Of a stretch of 64,000 bases of DNA, positions 19,667-28,447 are shown one piece after another; the stretch's first letter is position 1; each line of letters opens with the position of its first letter. The stretch covers positions 64,001-128,000 of the forward strand of contig JBDREQ010000063.1 in NCBI GenBank assembly GCA_043819555.1. The letters run 5' to 3'. The position numbers were made by a program, and so were the translations under genes. This stretch comes from Candidatus Zixiibacteriota bacterium (GTDB lineage Bacteria > Zixibacteria > MSB-5A5 > GN15 > JAAZOE01). The notes under the pieces are model-generated. The model was not told the origin of the DNA and ran no database searches. It saw only the letters and a program-made list of their open reading frames with translations.

Positions 19667-21052
19667 ATGATAAGCTGGTTTGACAGCGGACTTATTTATC
19701 TCTATCTGGCCACGCTATTTGTTTTCGCCCTGATTGGACTTAAACAGAAAAACGGCTCTCGCGAAAACCTGATTTTGGCCGGCAGACGCCTCACTCTTCC
19801 GGCTTTTGTCGCCACTCTCGTATCCACCTGGTACGGAGGCATCCTCGGCGTCGGGGAGTTCTCGTACCTCCACGGCATTTCCAATTGGCTTGTCTTCGGC
19901 GTACCCTACTATCTCGCGGCCGCAATCTTCGCGATATTTCTGGCCAAACGAGCCCGCTCATCGCCCGAAATAACTATCCCGGATAGACTATACAAATTTT
20001 ACGGTCCCGCCGCTTCAGCCGCCGGATCATCAATCCTCATTATCGTCACCCTGCCCGTTGCCTATGTTCTCATGGTCGGCGTTTTGTTAAAAATTATTTT
20101 CTTTATCCCGATCTGGGTCGGCATAGTCGCGGGAACGTTTTTCTCCGTAGCCTATGTAATGACCGGCGGTTTCCGCGCTGTTATATGGACTGACGTCCTT
20201 CAATTCATCCTGATGTTTGTCGGTTTTATAATTCTTTTGGTTTTCTGTTTTACCTCATACGGCGGTTTTGAATACTTAAAAATAAATCTGCCCGACGCCC
20301 ACTTTACCGCTTCGGGAGGAAACAGCGCCGGATACATCGCTCTCTGGTATATTATCGCGCTGGCGACATTGGTTGAACCGGCTTTTTATCAACGATGTTT
20401 CGCGGCTAAATCCGAAGCCGTCGCGCGTAAAGGTATCCTTGTCTCGATTTTGTTCTGGATTATTTTCGATTTTATGACAACCTCATGCGGCCTCTATGCT
20501 CGGGCCATTCTGCCCAATCTCGATAATCCCGTCGCCGCCTATCCGTCTCTGGCAATGACAATCCTTCCCGCCGGTTTTCTCGGTATTTTCCTTTTGTCGC
20601 TTCTGGCGACAATTATGTCAACCGTCGATTCCTATATGTTTTTGACCGCCACCACCATCAGCCATGATTTGTTCTGGAGATTCAAAAAATTCGATGAGCA
20701 AAAAATAGGACAGTACACTACCTTTGGGCTTCTGATATCATCCATCGGAACAATCGGTATCGCCATTATTTCCGATTCGGTCGTGGATATCTGGCATGAT
20801 TTCGGTTCGGTCGGCACTTCGGCATTACTCCTCCCCCTTCTGACATCTTACTGGGGCAAATACAAATTCTCCAATCGCGGCGCCCTGCTATCCATCATCC
20901 TTTCCTCACTATTGACCGCTTCAGCATTATTCTATCCCGGCCTCTCCGGTCAGAGCGACTATCTCTTTGGTATTGAACCGATCTTTATCGGGCTATGCAC
21001 ATCAATTATGATATTTGTTATAACCAGAACAAAAAAAACCATGTTCTTATAA
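19667..21052 (+). CDS. Sodium:solute symporter family protein, probable thiamine or precursor importer
   Basis: LAGRRL, STWYGG, GGFRAVIWTD, YQRCFAAKS, ATIMSTVDS; 6 nt after the TonB receptor gene. Confidence 0.9.
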   Translation: MISWFDSGLIYLYLATLFVFALIGLKQKNGSRENLILAGRRLTLPAFVATLVSTWYGGILGVGEFSYLHGISNWLVFGVPYYLAAAIFAIFLAKRARSSPEITIPDRLYKFYGPAASAAGSSILIIVTLPVAYVLMVGVLLKIIFFIPIWVGIVAGTFFSVAYVMTGGFRAVIWTDVLQFILMFVGFIILLVFCFTSYGGFEYLKINLPDAHFTASGGNSAGYIALWYIIALATLVEPAFYQRCFAAKSEAVARKGILVSILFWIIFDFMTTSCGLYARAILPNLDNPVAAYPSLAMTILPAGFLGIFLLSLLATIMSTVDSYMFLTATTISHDLFWRFKKFDEQKIGQYTTFGLLISSIGTIGIAIISDSVVDIWHDFGSVGTSALLLPLLTSYWGKYKFSNRGALLSIILSSLLTASALFYPGLSGQSDYLFGIEPIFIGLCTSIMIFVITRTKKTMFL

Positions 21053-21186
21053 AGTTGTCCTATTTTTAGATGAAGCAAAATTAGATACGATATTCATTAG
21101 CCCAAAAGAACTCTGCCTCTTATCATTTATAGCATGTTGACAAACCCTTACTATGATTATACGTTGAGATATTAGAAAGTTGAATC

Positions 21187-21567
21187 ATGTTGAAACGCAC
21201 GATAAAATACTCGATCGCTTTTTTATTTCTCGTTCTGATGATAATCTCGTGCGAGGAATCTTTTGAACCCGACCAGCCAGTCGCACCAATCGTCAAAAAC
21301 CAAAGTCCGGCCATTACCAGCATGAGCAGCAGCCGGACAAACGTTCCCATGACTGGATTCGTCGTATTCAGCTGCAAAGCGAAGGATCCCTATGGCGATT
21401 CACTCTTTTTCCTGTGGTCGAGTCAGGCCGGCACCTTTCCTGCCGGTGAATCGGGGAATCCCGTTACCTGGCAGGCGCCGGAAGTTGAAGGACTTCAAAT
21501 CATTAAAGTTATTGTTTCCGACAGCCTGCACCAAATCTCCGATAGCATTTCTGTTATCGTTGAATGA
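21187..21567 (+). CDS. Lipoprotein with Ig-like domain
   Basis: Lipobox IISC; NQSPAI..., DP.GD.L.F.W, VTWQAP pattern. Confidence 0.7.
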   Translation: MLKRTIKYSIAFLFLVLMIISCEESFEPDQPVAPIVKNQSPAITSMSSSRTNVPMTGFVVFSCKAKDPYGDSLFFLWSSQAGTFPAGESGNPVTWQAPEVEGLQIIKVIVSDSLHQISDSISVIVE

Positions 21568-21728
21568 CAATTGTACAATTCAGAACTTCTTTTCAATCCT
21601 AATCCAAACCTGATTTTCACCTTTCTAATATTTTGAAGTCTGACAATTTTTACCACCCACATCACTGTCAATATCTGACATATATATAATTGTCAATATG
21701 CGATATGTAAGTATTATGATAATTTCAC

Positions 21729-21757
21729 TTGACATTGACAATTTGTCTATGTATATT
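21729..21757 (+). promoter_or_regulatory. Sigma70-type promoter of the radical SAM operon
   Basis: TTGACA (21729-21734), 17-bp spacer, TATATT (21752-21757). Confidence 0.6.
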
Positions 21758-21813
21758 CTGTTCAAGCTGGAGCTTTACTTTAGTTTGCGCCTGGGGATCC
21801 GTTCGGGGAAGTT

Positions 21814-23166
21814 GTGCAAAAATCTAAATTCAATATTCTTAAGGTCATCGGCGACTATATTTATCTTTATAACGGCCTCACCTGGTCGGTTATTCGTTTT
21901 CCAAATGAGTTTGAACCGCTGATTTATAATATTCTTGACTTCCCGGAAGCGGTCAATGGCTCAAAAGAAATTCAGCTAACCAAAGACATTCTTTATGGCA
22001 ATGGCTTTCTAATCGATGATGATAAGAGCGAAATGGAGTTGCTTAAACAACGATACAATTACGCCAAAAATCATCAAAATTATTGTGCTCTCCAGATCGC
22101 TGTTACGATGCAATGCAATTTTGCCTGTCCTTATTGCTATGAGAATGAGGAAAACAGTTCACTCTCAGCTCAGACACAGGATGCCATCATTAATTATATC
22201 GCCCGCAATATCGATAAATGGGACAGATTATGCCTCGACTGGTTTGGAGGTGAACCTCTGCTGCGGCCAGATATAATCAGGAATTTAAGCAACCGGGCCA
22301 TGGAATTATGCAAAATATCAAAAACGGAATATTTATCAACCATCATAACCAATGGTTATCTCTTAAATAAAAAAAACCTGGAGCTCCTTGAAAAATACCG
22401 CGTGCGTGAAATTCAAGTGACTCTAGACGGCGGACGAAAAACACATGATTCGCGGAGATTTCTCAAAAACGGCAAAGGAACTTTTGATACAATTGTAAAT
22501 AACCTGATTCTGGGAGCAGATATATTTGACAAAATAATAGTCCGTGTCAATATTGAAGGTCAAAGACCAGATGATATATCAGAATTATTCGTCCGCCTCA
22601 ATCCCATAAAGGACAAATTACATATAGGATTTATGCCAATCCAGACAACAGTCGAATGCGACGGACATTCCAATAACTACGCATCTTTTCGACGGGAAAA
22701 TTACAGTTATGGCCGTTTAATTGATTCTCACGGATTTAATCCGTCGGTTACTCACACTCCACCCGGTGGATTATTCTGTGCCGCTTACAATAATAATTTT
22801 CTGCTAATAGATCCCAAAGGAAACCTCTACCGCTGCACTGTTATGGCGGGGAAAACTGAATACCGGATAGGATATTTGCAGGATGATGGAACGATTAAAA
22901 AAACATCAGACCAATCGCCGCACTTGGAATTTGATCCGTTTGAAGACAAAGACTGCAAAGTATGCGATCACCTTCCGATTTGCATGGGGGGATGTATTAA
23001 TATGCCACTTTCGGATAAATCAAATTCAGGCCGGTGCATAATTAAAGATACGGTGCCTTCCTATCTGAGCTCGATAGCCCAAAAATATGAAAATCTCAAA
23101 TCTGTCAAAGGAGGTGATGATGATAACAACCGTACCGGGAACATTTTTAAGGGAAATGTCATTTGA
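21814..23166 (+). CDS. Radical SAM/SPASM domain peptide maturase
   Basis: CNFACPYC, WFGGEPLL, TNGYLL, QVTLDG...HDSRR; SPASM C...IDPKGNLYRC...CKVCDHLPICMGGC; ~85-aa N-terminal extension possibly an RRE. Confidence 0.92.
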   Translation: MQKSKFNILKVIGDYIYLYNGLTWSVIRFPNEFEPLIYNILDFPEAVNGSKEIQLTKDILYGNGFLIDDDKSEMELLKQRYNYAKNHQNYCALQIAVTMQCNFACPYCYENEENSSLSAQTQDAIINYIARNIDKWDRLCLDWFGGEPLLRPDIIRNLSNRAMELCKISKTEYLSTIITNGYLLNKKNLELLEKYRVREIQVTLDGGRKTHDSRRFLKNGKGTFDTIVNNLILGADIFDKIIVRVNIEGQRPDDISELFVRLNPIKDKLHIGFMPIQTTVECDGHSNNYASFRRENYSYGRLIDSHGFNPSVTHTPPGGLFCAAYNNNFLLIDPKGNLYRCTVMAGKTEYRIGYLQDDGTIKKTSDQSPHLEFDPFEDKDCKVCDHLPICMGGCINMPLSDKSNSGRCIIKDTVPSYLSSIAQKYENLKSVKGGDDDNNRTGNIFKGNVI

Positions 23167-23347
23167 TGCGGCAAAAGAATTGGGAAAAAAATATGCCATT
23201 TATATGGCCAGCTTCAGGGCCGAGATAATTAATGAAGGCCTTAGCGAGCATGAAGCAATGTTTTTACTGAATAGAATTGCAGTGAGCTGTACCCCTGGCT
23301 ACATGGAGACCGTTGGTCTCCCCGAAATCAGAGCCCTCGATAAATAA
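23120..23347 (+). CDS. Small protein, putative radical SAM substrate/precursor A (75 aa)
   Basis: GGAGG RBS; ungapped paralog of 23474-23701; overlaps the rSAM 3' end. Confidence 0.8.
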   Translation: MITTVPGTFLREMSFDAAKELGKKYAIYMASFRAEIINEGLSEHEAMFLLNRIAVSCTPGYMETVGLPEIRALDK

Positions 23348-23473
23348 ACGACACCTTTGAAAAATCATATCCAGTGTTCAGGAGATAAAACCTGGTTGAA
23401 AAATAATACTCCATTTTTTGAATTCGATGGCCAATAAATATGAACCACAAATTTGCCAAAGGAGGTGATGACG

Positions 23474-23701
23474 ATGGTTGCAAAAATGCCGGGGATGGCC
23501 CTGAGAGAATTGTCAAGTGATGCGATTCGGGAAATGGCCAAGAAATATGCCGCCTATATGGCCACCTTTCGCGCTGAGATCATCAAAGAAGGTCTTAGCG
23601 AACTTGAAGCAAGCGCCCTATTGGATAGTGTTGCCCACAGCTGCGGCGATGGTTTCATGCGGACAGCCAGCCCTCTCGAAATGAGAACACTCGATCAATA
23701 A
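23474..23701 (+). CDS. Small protein, putative radical SAM substrate/precursor B (75 aa)
   Basis: Same AAAGGAGGTGATGA RBS context; 42/75 identities to precursor A by hand alignment. Confidence 0.8.
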   Translation: MVAKMPGMALRELSSDAIREMAKKYAAYMATFRAEIIKEGLSELEASALLDSVAHSCGDGFMRTASPLEMRTLDQ

Positions 23702-23713
23702 TTCGTTGCTCAG

Positions 23714-23749
23714 AGGTTATATCTGGTATCCGCCAGATATAACCTGTTT
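23714..23749 (+). terminator. Hairpin/terminator after precursor B
   Basis: AGGTTATATCTGG-N6-CCAGATATAACCT perfect 13-bp stem. Confidence 0.7.
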
Positions 23750-23783
23750 GTAGGACTATATTCTATTGTAAGGAGTAATTGAG

Positions 23784-23933
23784 ATGTCTAAGGAAAAAAT
23801 AAATTGGGAAACTGATATAAAAAAAGGATTGGAAGACGCCAAAAACATCAAAGATATCAAGTTACCCTTGAAACAGGACTCGGATCGCAGGAAAATTGAC
23901 GGCTTTAATCCCGGTGATGTCGGCAAGAAATGA
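23784..23933 (+). CDS. Small hypothetical protein (49 aa), not in the ORF track
   Basis: AAGGAG RBS, ATG at 23784; MSKEKINWETDIKKGLEDAKNIKDIKLPLKQDSDRRKIDGFNPGDVGKK. Confidence 0.6.
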   Translation: MSKEKINWETDIKKGLEDAKNIKDIKLPLKQDSDRRKIDGFNPGDVGKK

Positions 23934-24131
23934 CAATGGCATTAAACAGGGATATATCTTCATAAATATTATGAAACAAATTGGCGCTTGTCCCCCTTGC
24001 GCCGGTTTTAATCAAGGCAGGAGCATGGGGGAAGGCTCCTGCTTGTATAATTCTTTCTTGTTATAACGATATATTGCGGTCATTTATATTTAAGTGCTTG
24101 CATAGAAACTGAATTTAAAATCAGATCAAGG

Positions 24132-24407
24132 CTACTTCTTCTTACTCCTAATCCTCGCTTCGCGGAATTGCGCTCGCGCTCGACCGGCGGCGACCGCCAT
24201 AACTATCGATTGAACTGCCCCCAATTCTTCATCAGAAATTCCTTCTTCTTTGGCGACGCCAAAGTAATGCTCCATTCATGGATAACAACCAAGCGAAATA
24301 GCCGACGCCAGATGCAGCATCAACGTTGTTTTCGGCTTCAGAATTTCATTGTATCGAGCCGAATCATAAAAATCCTTATATGCCTTAAGTTGTTTATCCG
24401 GTAACAT
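24132..24407 (-). CDS. CMD/AhpD-like selenoprotein (CxxU), 91 aa
   Basis: GGAG RBS; MLPDKQ...LHLASAISLGCYP-U-MEHYFGVAKEEGISDEELGAVQSIVMAVAAG; TGA at 24276-24278 in the second Cys position of the CMD CxxC motif. Confidence 0.88.
24248..24264 (-). promoter_or_regulatory. SECIS-like hairpin of the CMD-like selenoprotein
   Basis: Perfect CUUUGGC-GUC-GCCAAAG 17-nt stem-loop starting 11 nt after the UGA, G at first loop position. Confidence 0.75.
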
Positions 24408-24433
24408 CTTTATCTCCAATCATTACTACCTTG

Positions 24434-25456
24434 TTATTCCTTAAAATAATATATTTTCTCCGGATCGATCGTCAATGTCACCTTTTGGCCGGGTGATAAT
24501 TGCCACGTGTGATTATCAACCGTCACCGTCAGGGTCAGGCTATTTGTTTTCACTCTCAGGTAACTTACCGACCCGATGTATTCAATTGCCTCGACAATTC
24601 CCTCGATGCCGCTGTCGCCTCCGAGGGTGATATGCTCCGGCCTTATCCCTATTGTATAATGCCCATCTTTGACATCCGGGCCGAATTTTATCGGCAGTTT
24701 CTTGCCCATCCCACCTGAAAGTCTATCCTCATATAGATTAATCGGCGGCGTCCCGATAAACGATGCCACAAACTTATCTGCCGGGCGTTCATAAATCTCA
24801 GCCGGCGTACCTTGCTGGTGAATAATTCCGTCTTTGATAACAACCATCTTATCGGCCATCGTCAGCGCCTCGGTCTGATCATGTGTCACATAAATCATCG
24901 TTACGCCGATTTTCTTCTGCAATGCGACGATCTCCCGCCGCATCTTGAGCCGCAAAGCGGCATCCAGATTCGAAAGCGGCTCATCAAGCAAAAATATCGA
25001 CGGCTCTCTGATAAGACCTCGCCCCAATGCGACCCGTTGTCTTTGTCCTCCCGACAGCTGCGCCGGCCTTCGATTCAAAAACTCATCGAGCTCAAGTAGC
25101 GTCGCCGTCTCCGCTACTGCTTTTTTAATATTATCCTTCGATGTTTTGGAAACTCTAAGAGGAAAAGCGATATTATCAAACACCGTCATGTGAGGATACA
25201 GCGCATAATTCTGAAATACCATCGCTGTTTTACGCTTTTGAGGCTCAAGGCCGGTAATATCTTTCCCATCGAGAAAAATCTGCCCCGCATCAGGGAAATC
25301 CAGCCCGGCGACCAATCTGAGTATTGTCGATTTACCGCACCCGGAAGGCCCCAGTACCACTAACAGCTCGCCCGATTTGACTTCCAGGTTGATATCTCTC
25401 AGGACAACATTGCCATCAAACGACTTAGTTACATTTTTTATTTCAAGTCCAGACAT
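24434..25456 (-). CDS. ABC transporter ATP-binding protein (MalK/UgpC-like)
   Basis: GPSGCGKST, VFQNYALYPHM, LSGGQRQRVA, LLDEPLSNLDA, TOBE-like C-terminus. Confidence 0.95.
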   Translation of the reverse strand: MSGLEIKNVTKSFDGNVVLRDINLEVKSGELLVVLGPSGCGKSTILRLVAGLDFPDAGQIFLDGKDITGLEPQKRKTAMVFQNYALYPHMTVFDNIAFPLRVSKTSKDNIKKAVAETATLLELDEFLNRRPAQLSGGQRQRVALGRGLIREPSIFLLDEPLSNLDAALRLKMRREIVALQKKIGVTMIYVTHDQTEALTMADKMVVIKDGIIHQQGTPAEIYERPADKFVASFIGTPPINLYEDRLSGGMGKKLPIKFGPDVKDGHYTIGIRPEHITLGGDSGIEGIVEAIEYIGSVSYLRVKTNSLTLTVTVDNHTWQLSPGQKVTLTIDPEKIYYFKE

Positions 25457-25457
25457 C

Positions 25458-26561
25458 TCATCTTTCAGTTACAATACCTTCCGATATATAAAACAATTTC
25501 GCTTTCTTCAAAAGCGGCTCCGGCGGCTCGACCGCCGTCGTCAAAAATACTTGCTTGAACTGTTTGAATAACCCGGCCACATTTTCCCGACGCAACGGAT
25601 CCAGTTCGGCGAAAATCTCATCAAGAAGCAAAATCGGTTTTTCATGAGTGCGGCTCTCGAGAAAATTGGCCGTCGCCATCATCACCGCAATCGCCGCACT
25701 GCGCTGTTCGCCCATCGAGCCGTATCCTTTAGCCGGAAAACCGCCGATTTGGAAATCAATATCATCCCGATGAGGTCCGACTATGGCGGTCTCTAAAATA
25801 GCCTCTTTCTGACGGCCCGCGTTTATTTTTTGTTCAAACTGCTTTTCAATTTCGCCAAAATCATTATACTCGACGTTAGGCAAATATCTCAGTGTAAATG
25901 ACGGCAACCCGTCCGACGTTTTCTGCCCTGCAATCTGAGCGTAGTACCCGGGAGCCAGCGCTTGCAGAAAATGCATAAATCGATGCCGCGCGACCATAAT
26001 CTTCGCCCCCAGTTGGACCATCAATGGATCAAACGGACATTCATCGTCCGATCCGTTTTTCAAAAACGAATTTTTCTGCGCCAATGCTTTATTATAATCG
26101 CCTAAATCTGCCAGATAGCTCGGTGAGGCCTGCGACAGGTACAAATCCAAAAATCGCCGACGCCCCGAAGGCGATCCCGAAAACAAAGTAACATCCTCGG
26201 GTGCCATCGAAATTAAATGAAAAAGTTGATATAGTTTCGACATCCGCACCGGGTTTTCATCAACCGTAATTTTCTTGCGCCCGCCTGCCTGATACGCGCA
26301 AGCAATCCCGGTCGCAGATTTCTCATTACCCAGGTACCCGATCCCCTCCAGCCGAAAGAAATCCTCATCGCCTTCCCGAACCATCATCACATCGCGCGCC
26401 CCGCGTTGAGATCGTCCCAAACAGAGAGTGAATATCGCCTCCAGCAAATTGGTTTTCCCGGCGGCGTTCTTGCCATAAAAGATATTTATTCCCGCGCTTG
26501 GCTGTAATTCGGCCCGGCCAAAGTTGCGAAAGTTGGTCAATGCTAAAAACTCTAATCTCAT
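25458..26561 (-). CDS. recF: DNA replication/repair protein RecF
   Basis: NFRNF, GKNAAGKTNLLEA, RRRFLD, GPHRDD, GSMGEQRS, PILLLDEIFAELD. Confidence 0.96.
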   Translation of the reverse strand: MRLEFLALTNFRNFGRAELQPSAGINIFYGKNAAGKTNLLEAIFTLCLGRSQRGARDVMMVREGDEDFFRLEGIGYLGNEKSATGIACAYQAGGRKKITVDENPVRMSKLYQLFHLISMAPEDVTLFSGSPSGRRRFLDLYLSQASPSYLADLGDYNKALAQKNSFLKNGSDDECPFDPLMVQLGAKIMVARHRFMHFLQALAPGYYAQIAGQKTSDGLPSFTLRYLPNVEYNDFGEIEKQFEQKINAGRQKEAILETAIVGPHRDDIDFQIGGFPAKGYGSMGEQRSAAIAVMMATANFLESRTHEKPILLLDEIFAELDPLRRENVAGLFKQFKQVFLTTAVEPPEPLLKKAKLFYISEGIVTER

Positions 26562-26646
26562 GCCGTCAAACTAACAAAACCAAATCAAAAACGAAAGCAA
26601 TTTCAAGCCGGGCTTGCGCAGAAACTTTTCATGTTTATATTATCTT

Positions 26647-27603
26647 ATGCCTTGCCATGTTCATTTACTTCAGGACTTCGATGACGGCTGGATCAAAGAG
26701 TTTTCAACCTGCCTCGATTCATCGATCACTATTACCACCGACCCCGATGTGTCTTCTACTGCCAATATCCTCATCTCCGGATCGCCCGAAGCAAAACATC
26801 TGGAGGCATCAAAAATCCTGACGACCCTTGTTATTCCCTGGGCCGGGCTCCCCAAAGCTACCCGAGTGCTAATGAAAGATTATCCCCATATCGCCATATA
26901 TAATATCCATCATAACGCCGCTGTCGTCGCCGAACATGCCGTTGCGATGATGATGGCGTCGGCTAGAAATCTAATCCCGACCGATAAAATCTTTCGCACC
27001 AATGACTGGTCGCCCCGCTACGATAAAACTTCAATATTTCAACTAAAGGGAAAAACGGCGCTAATCTTAGGCCATGGCGCCATCGGAAAGCAAATAGCAA
27101 AAATCTGCCGGACGCTGGGGATGAAAGTTGCTGGATTAAAAAGGGACTTTGATATGGCGGAGGGAACTTATTCAACAGCCGAATTGCCTGCATTCCTCCC
27201 CAAAACCAATGTGCTATTTATCTGCCTTCCGCTGACCCCCGAAACACTTGGGATGATTGGCAAAAAAGAACTATCGCTTCTGCCAGATAATGCGATAATA
27301 GTAAACATTGGCCGTGGAGCAGTTATTCAGGAAGAAGCCCTGTACAGCGAATTAAAATCAGGCCGCCTTCGGGCAGGACTCGATGTTTGGTATCAGTATC
27401 CTAAGAAAGAAAAAATATGGAGCGTTTATCCGCCCTCGAAATTCGATTTCGCGTCGCTCGAAAATGTCATCATGACTCCGCATCTCGCCGGGCATTCGGA
27501 TTTAGTTGAAGAAGATCGCATCGCACAACTGGCCGAACTGATAAACAACCTCGCATCGGGGAAGAAGCCAAAAACCAAAATCGATATTAACCGAGGCTAC
27601 TAA
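26647..27603 (+). CDS. D-isomer-specific 2-hydroxyacid dehydrogenase family protein
   Basis: VAEHA, GHGAIG, LPLTPET, VNIGRG, GLDVW, MTPHLAG; start codon uncertain (26614-26647). Confidence 0.88.
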   Translation: MPCHVHLLQDFDDGWIKEFSTCLDSSITITTDPDVSSTANILISGSPEAKHLEASKILTTLVIPWAGLPKATRVLMKDYPHIAIYNIHHNAAVVAEHAVAMMMASARNLIPTDKIFRTNDWSPRYDKTSIFQLKGKTALILGHGAIGKQIAKICRTLGMKVAGLKRDFDMAEGTYSTAELPAFLPKTNVLFICLPLTPETLGMIGKKELSLLPDNAIIVNIGRGAVIQEEALYSELKSGRLRAGLDVWYQYPKKEKIWSVYPPSKFDFASLENVIMTPHLAGHSDLVEEDRIAQLAELINNLASGKKPKTKIDINRGY

Positions 27604-27626
27604 AAATATTTTAGGGAGATATAGCC

Positions 27627-28388
27627 ATGATATCCAATCCCGTAATCGACGCCATGATGAATCGCAAATCGCTTCGCAAATACTCAGGCGAAATGCCCTC
27701 CGATGAAGTCATCGAAACCATCGTCCGGGCCGGACAGCAAGCTCCGTTCGCGGCGCAGGCCTGTTCGCTTCTTCTAAAACGTGGCGACAAAAAGATACCC
27801 TTCAAAGCACCCCTGCTTTTTACCATCTGCGTTGATCGCCATAAGCTCGCGCTTATCCTGAAAAAACGAAACTGGGAAATGAAATCGTGCGATCTTATGA
27901 TGCTTCTCTTTGGCCTGCAGGATGCCGTTCTCATGGCTGAAAATATCGTCATCGCCGCCGAAAGCCTCGGGATGGGTAGTTGCTTTTTGGGCCATCCGCC
28001 CATTACCGCGCGAGCTATCAAAAGAAGTTACAAACTCCCCGACGGAGTTTATCCGATCGTCCAGCTCACCGTCGGCTATCCCGCCGAAGACGAACCGACC
28101 CGCCCGCGCTATCCGCTCGACTATTTTTTATTCGAAGACGAATATCCCGAATTTTCTGACGAGACGATTGAAAAAGCCATGAAAGTTATGGACGAAGGTT
28201 ATCTTGCTCAGGACTATTACCGCGATCCCGACATCAAGATTATGCTCGAAGGGGGCCGCGAGGAGACGTTTACCTATGACAATTACAGTTGGACCGAACA
28301 CATGGGCCGCAAATGGGGCCAATGGTGGTCCGAACCCGACAAACTCCTCGAGAACTTAAAAGCATGTGGGTTTGATATTGGGGGATGA
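27627..28388 (+). CDS. Nitroreductase family protein
   Basis: RKSLRKY, AGQQAP, IAAESLGMGSCFLG, LTVGYP. Confidence 0.9.
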   Translation: MISNPVIDAMMNRKSLRKYSGEMPSDEVIETIVRAGQQAPFAAQACSLLLKRGDKKIPFKAPLLFTICVDRHKLALILKKRNWEMKSCDLMMLLFGLQDAVLMAENIVIAAESLGMGSCFLGHPPITARAIKRSYKLPDGVYPIVQLTVGYPAEDEPTRPRYPLDYFLFEDEYPEFSDETIEKAMKVMDEGYLAQDYYRDPDIKIMLEGGREETFTYDNYSWTEHMGRKWGQWWSEPDKLLENLKACGFDIGG

Positions 28389-28447
28389 TTATTTAATGGA
28401 CAAACAGCTATTGAATTTGTTTAATTTAGGATAATGGGGAGAATATT

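Noticed and set aside
23120..23701. Assigning the precursors to SCIFF, Nif11/NHLP or spliceotide families
   Set aside because: Only one Cys each, no double-glycine cleavage motif and no YG motif; LSExE resemblance to Nif11-type leaders is too weak
24168..24404. 78-aa plus-strand ORF in the track
   Set aside because: Antisense shadow of the minus-strand CMD-like selenoprotein, which has an RBS, motif and SECIS-like hairpin
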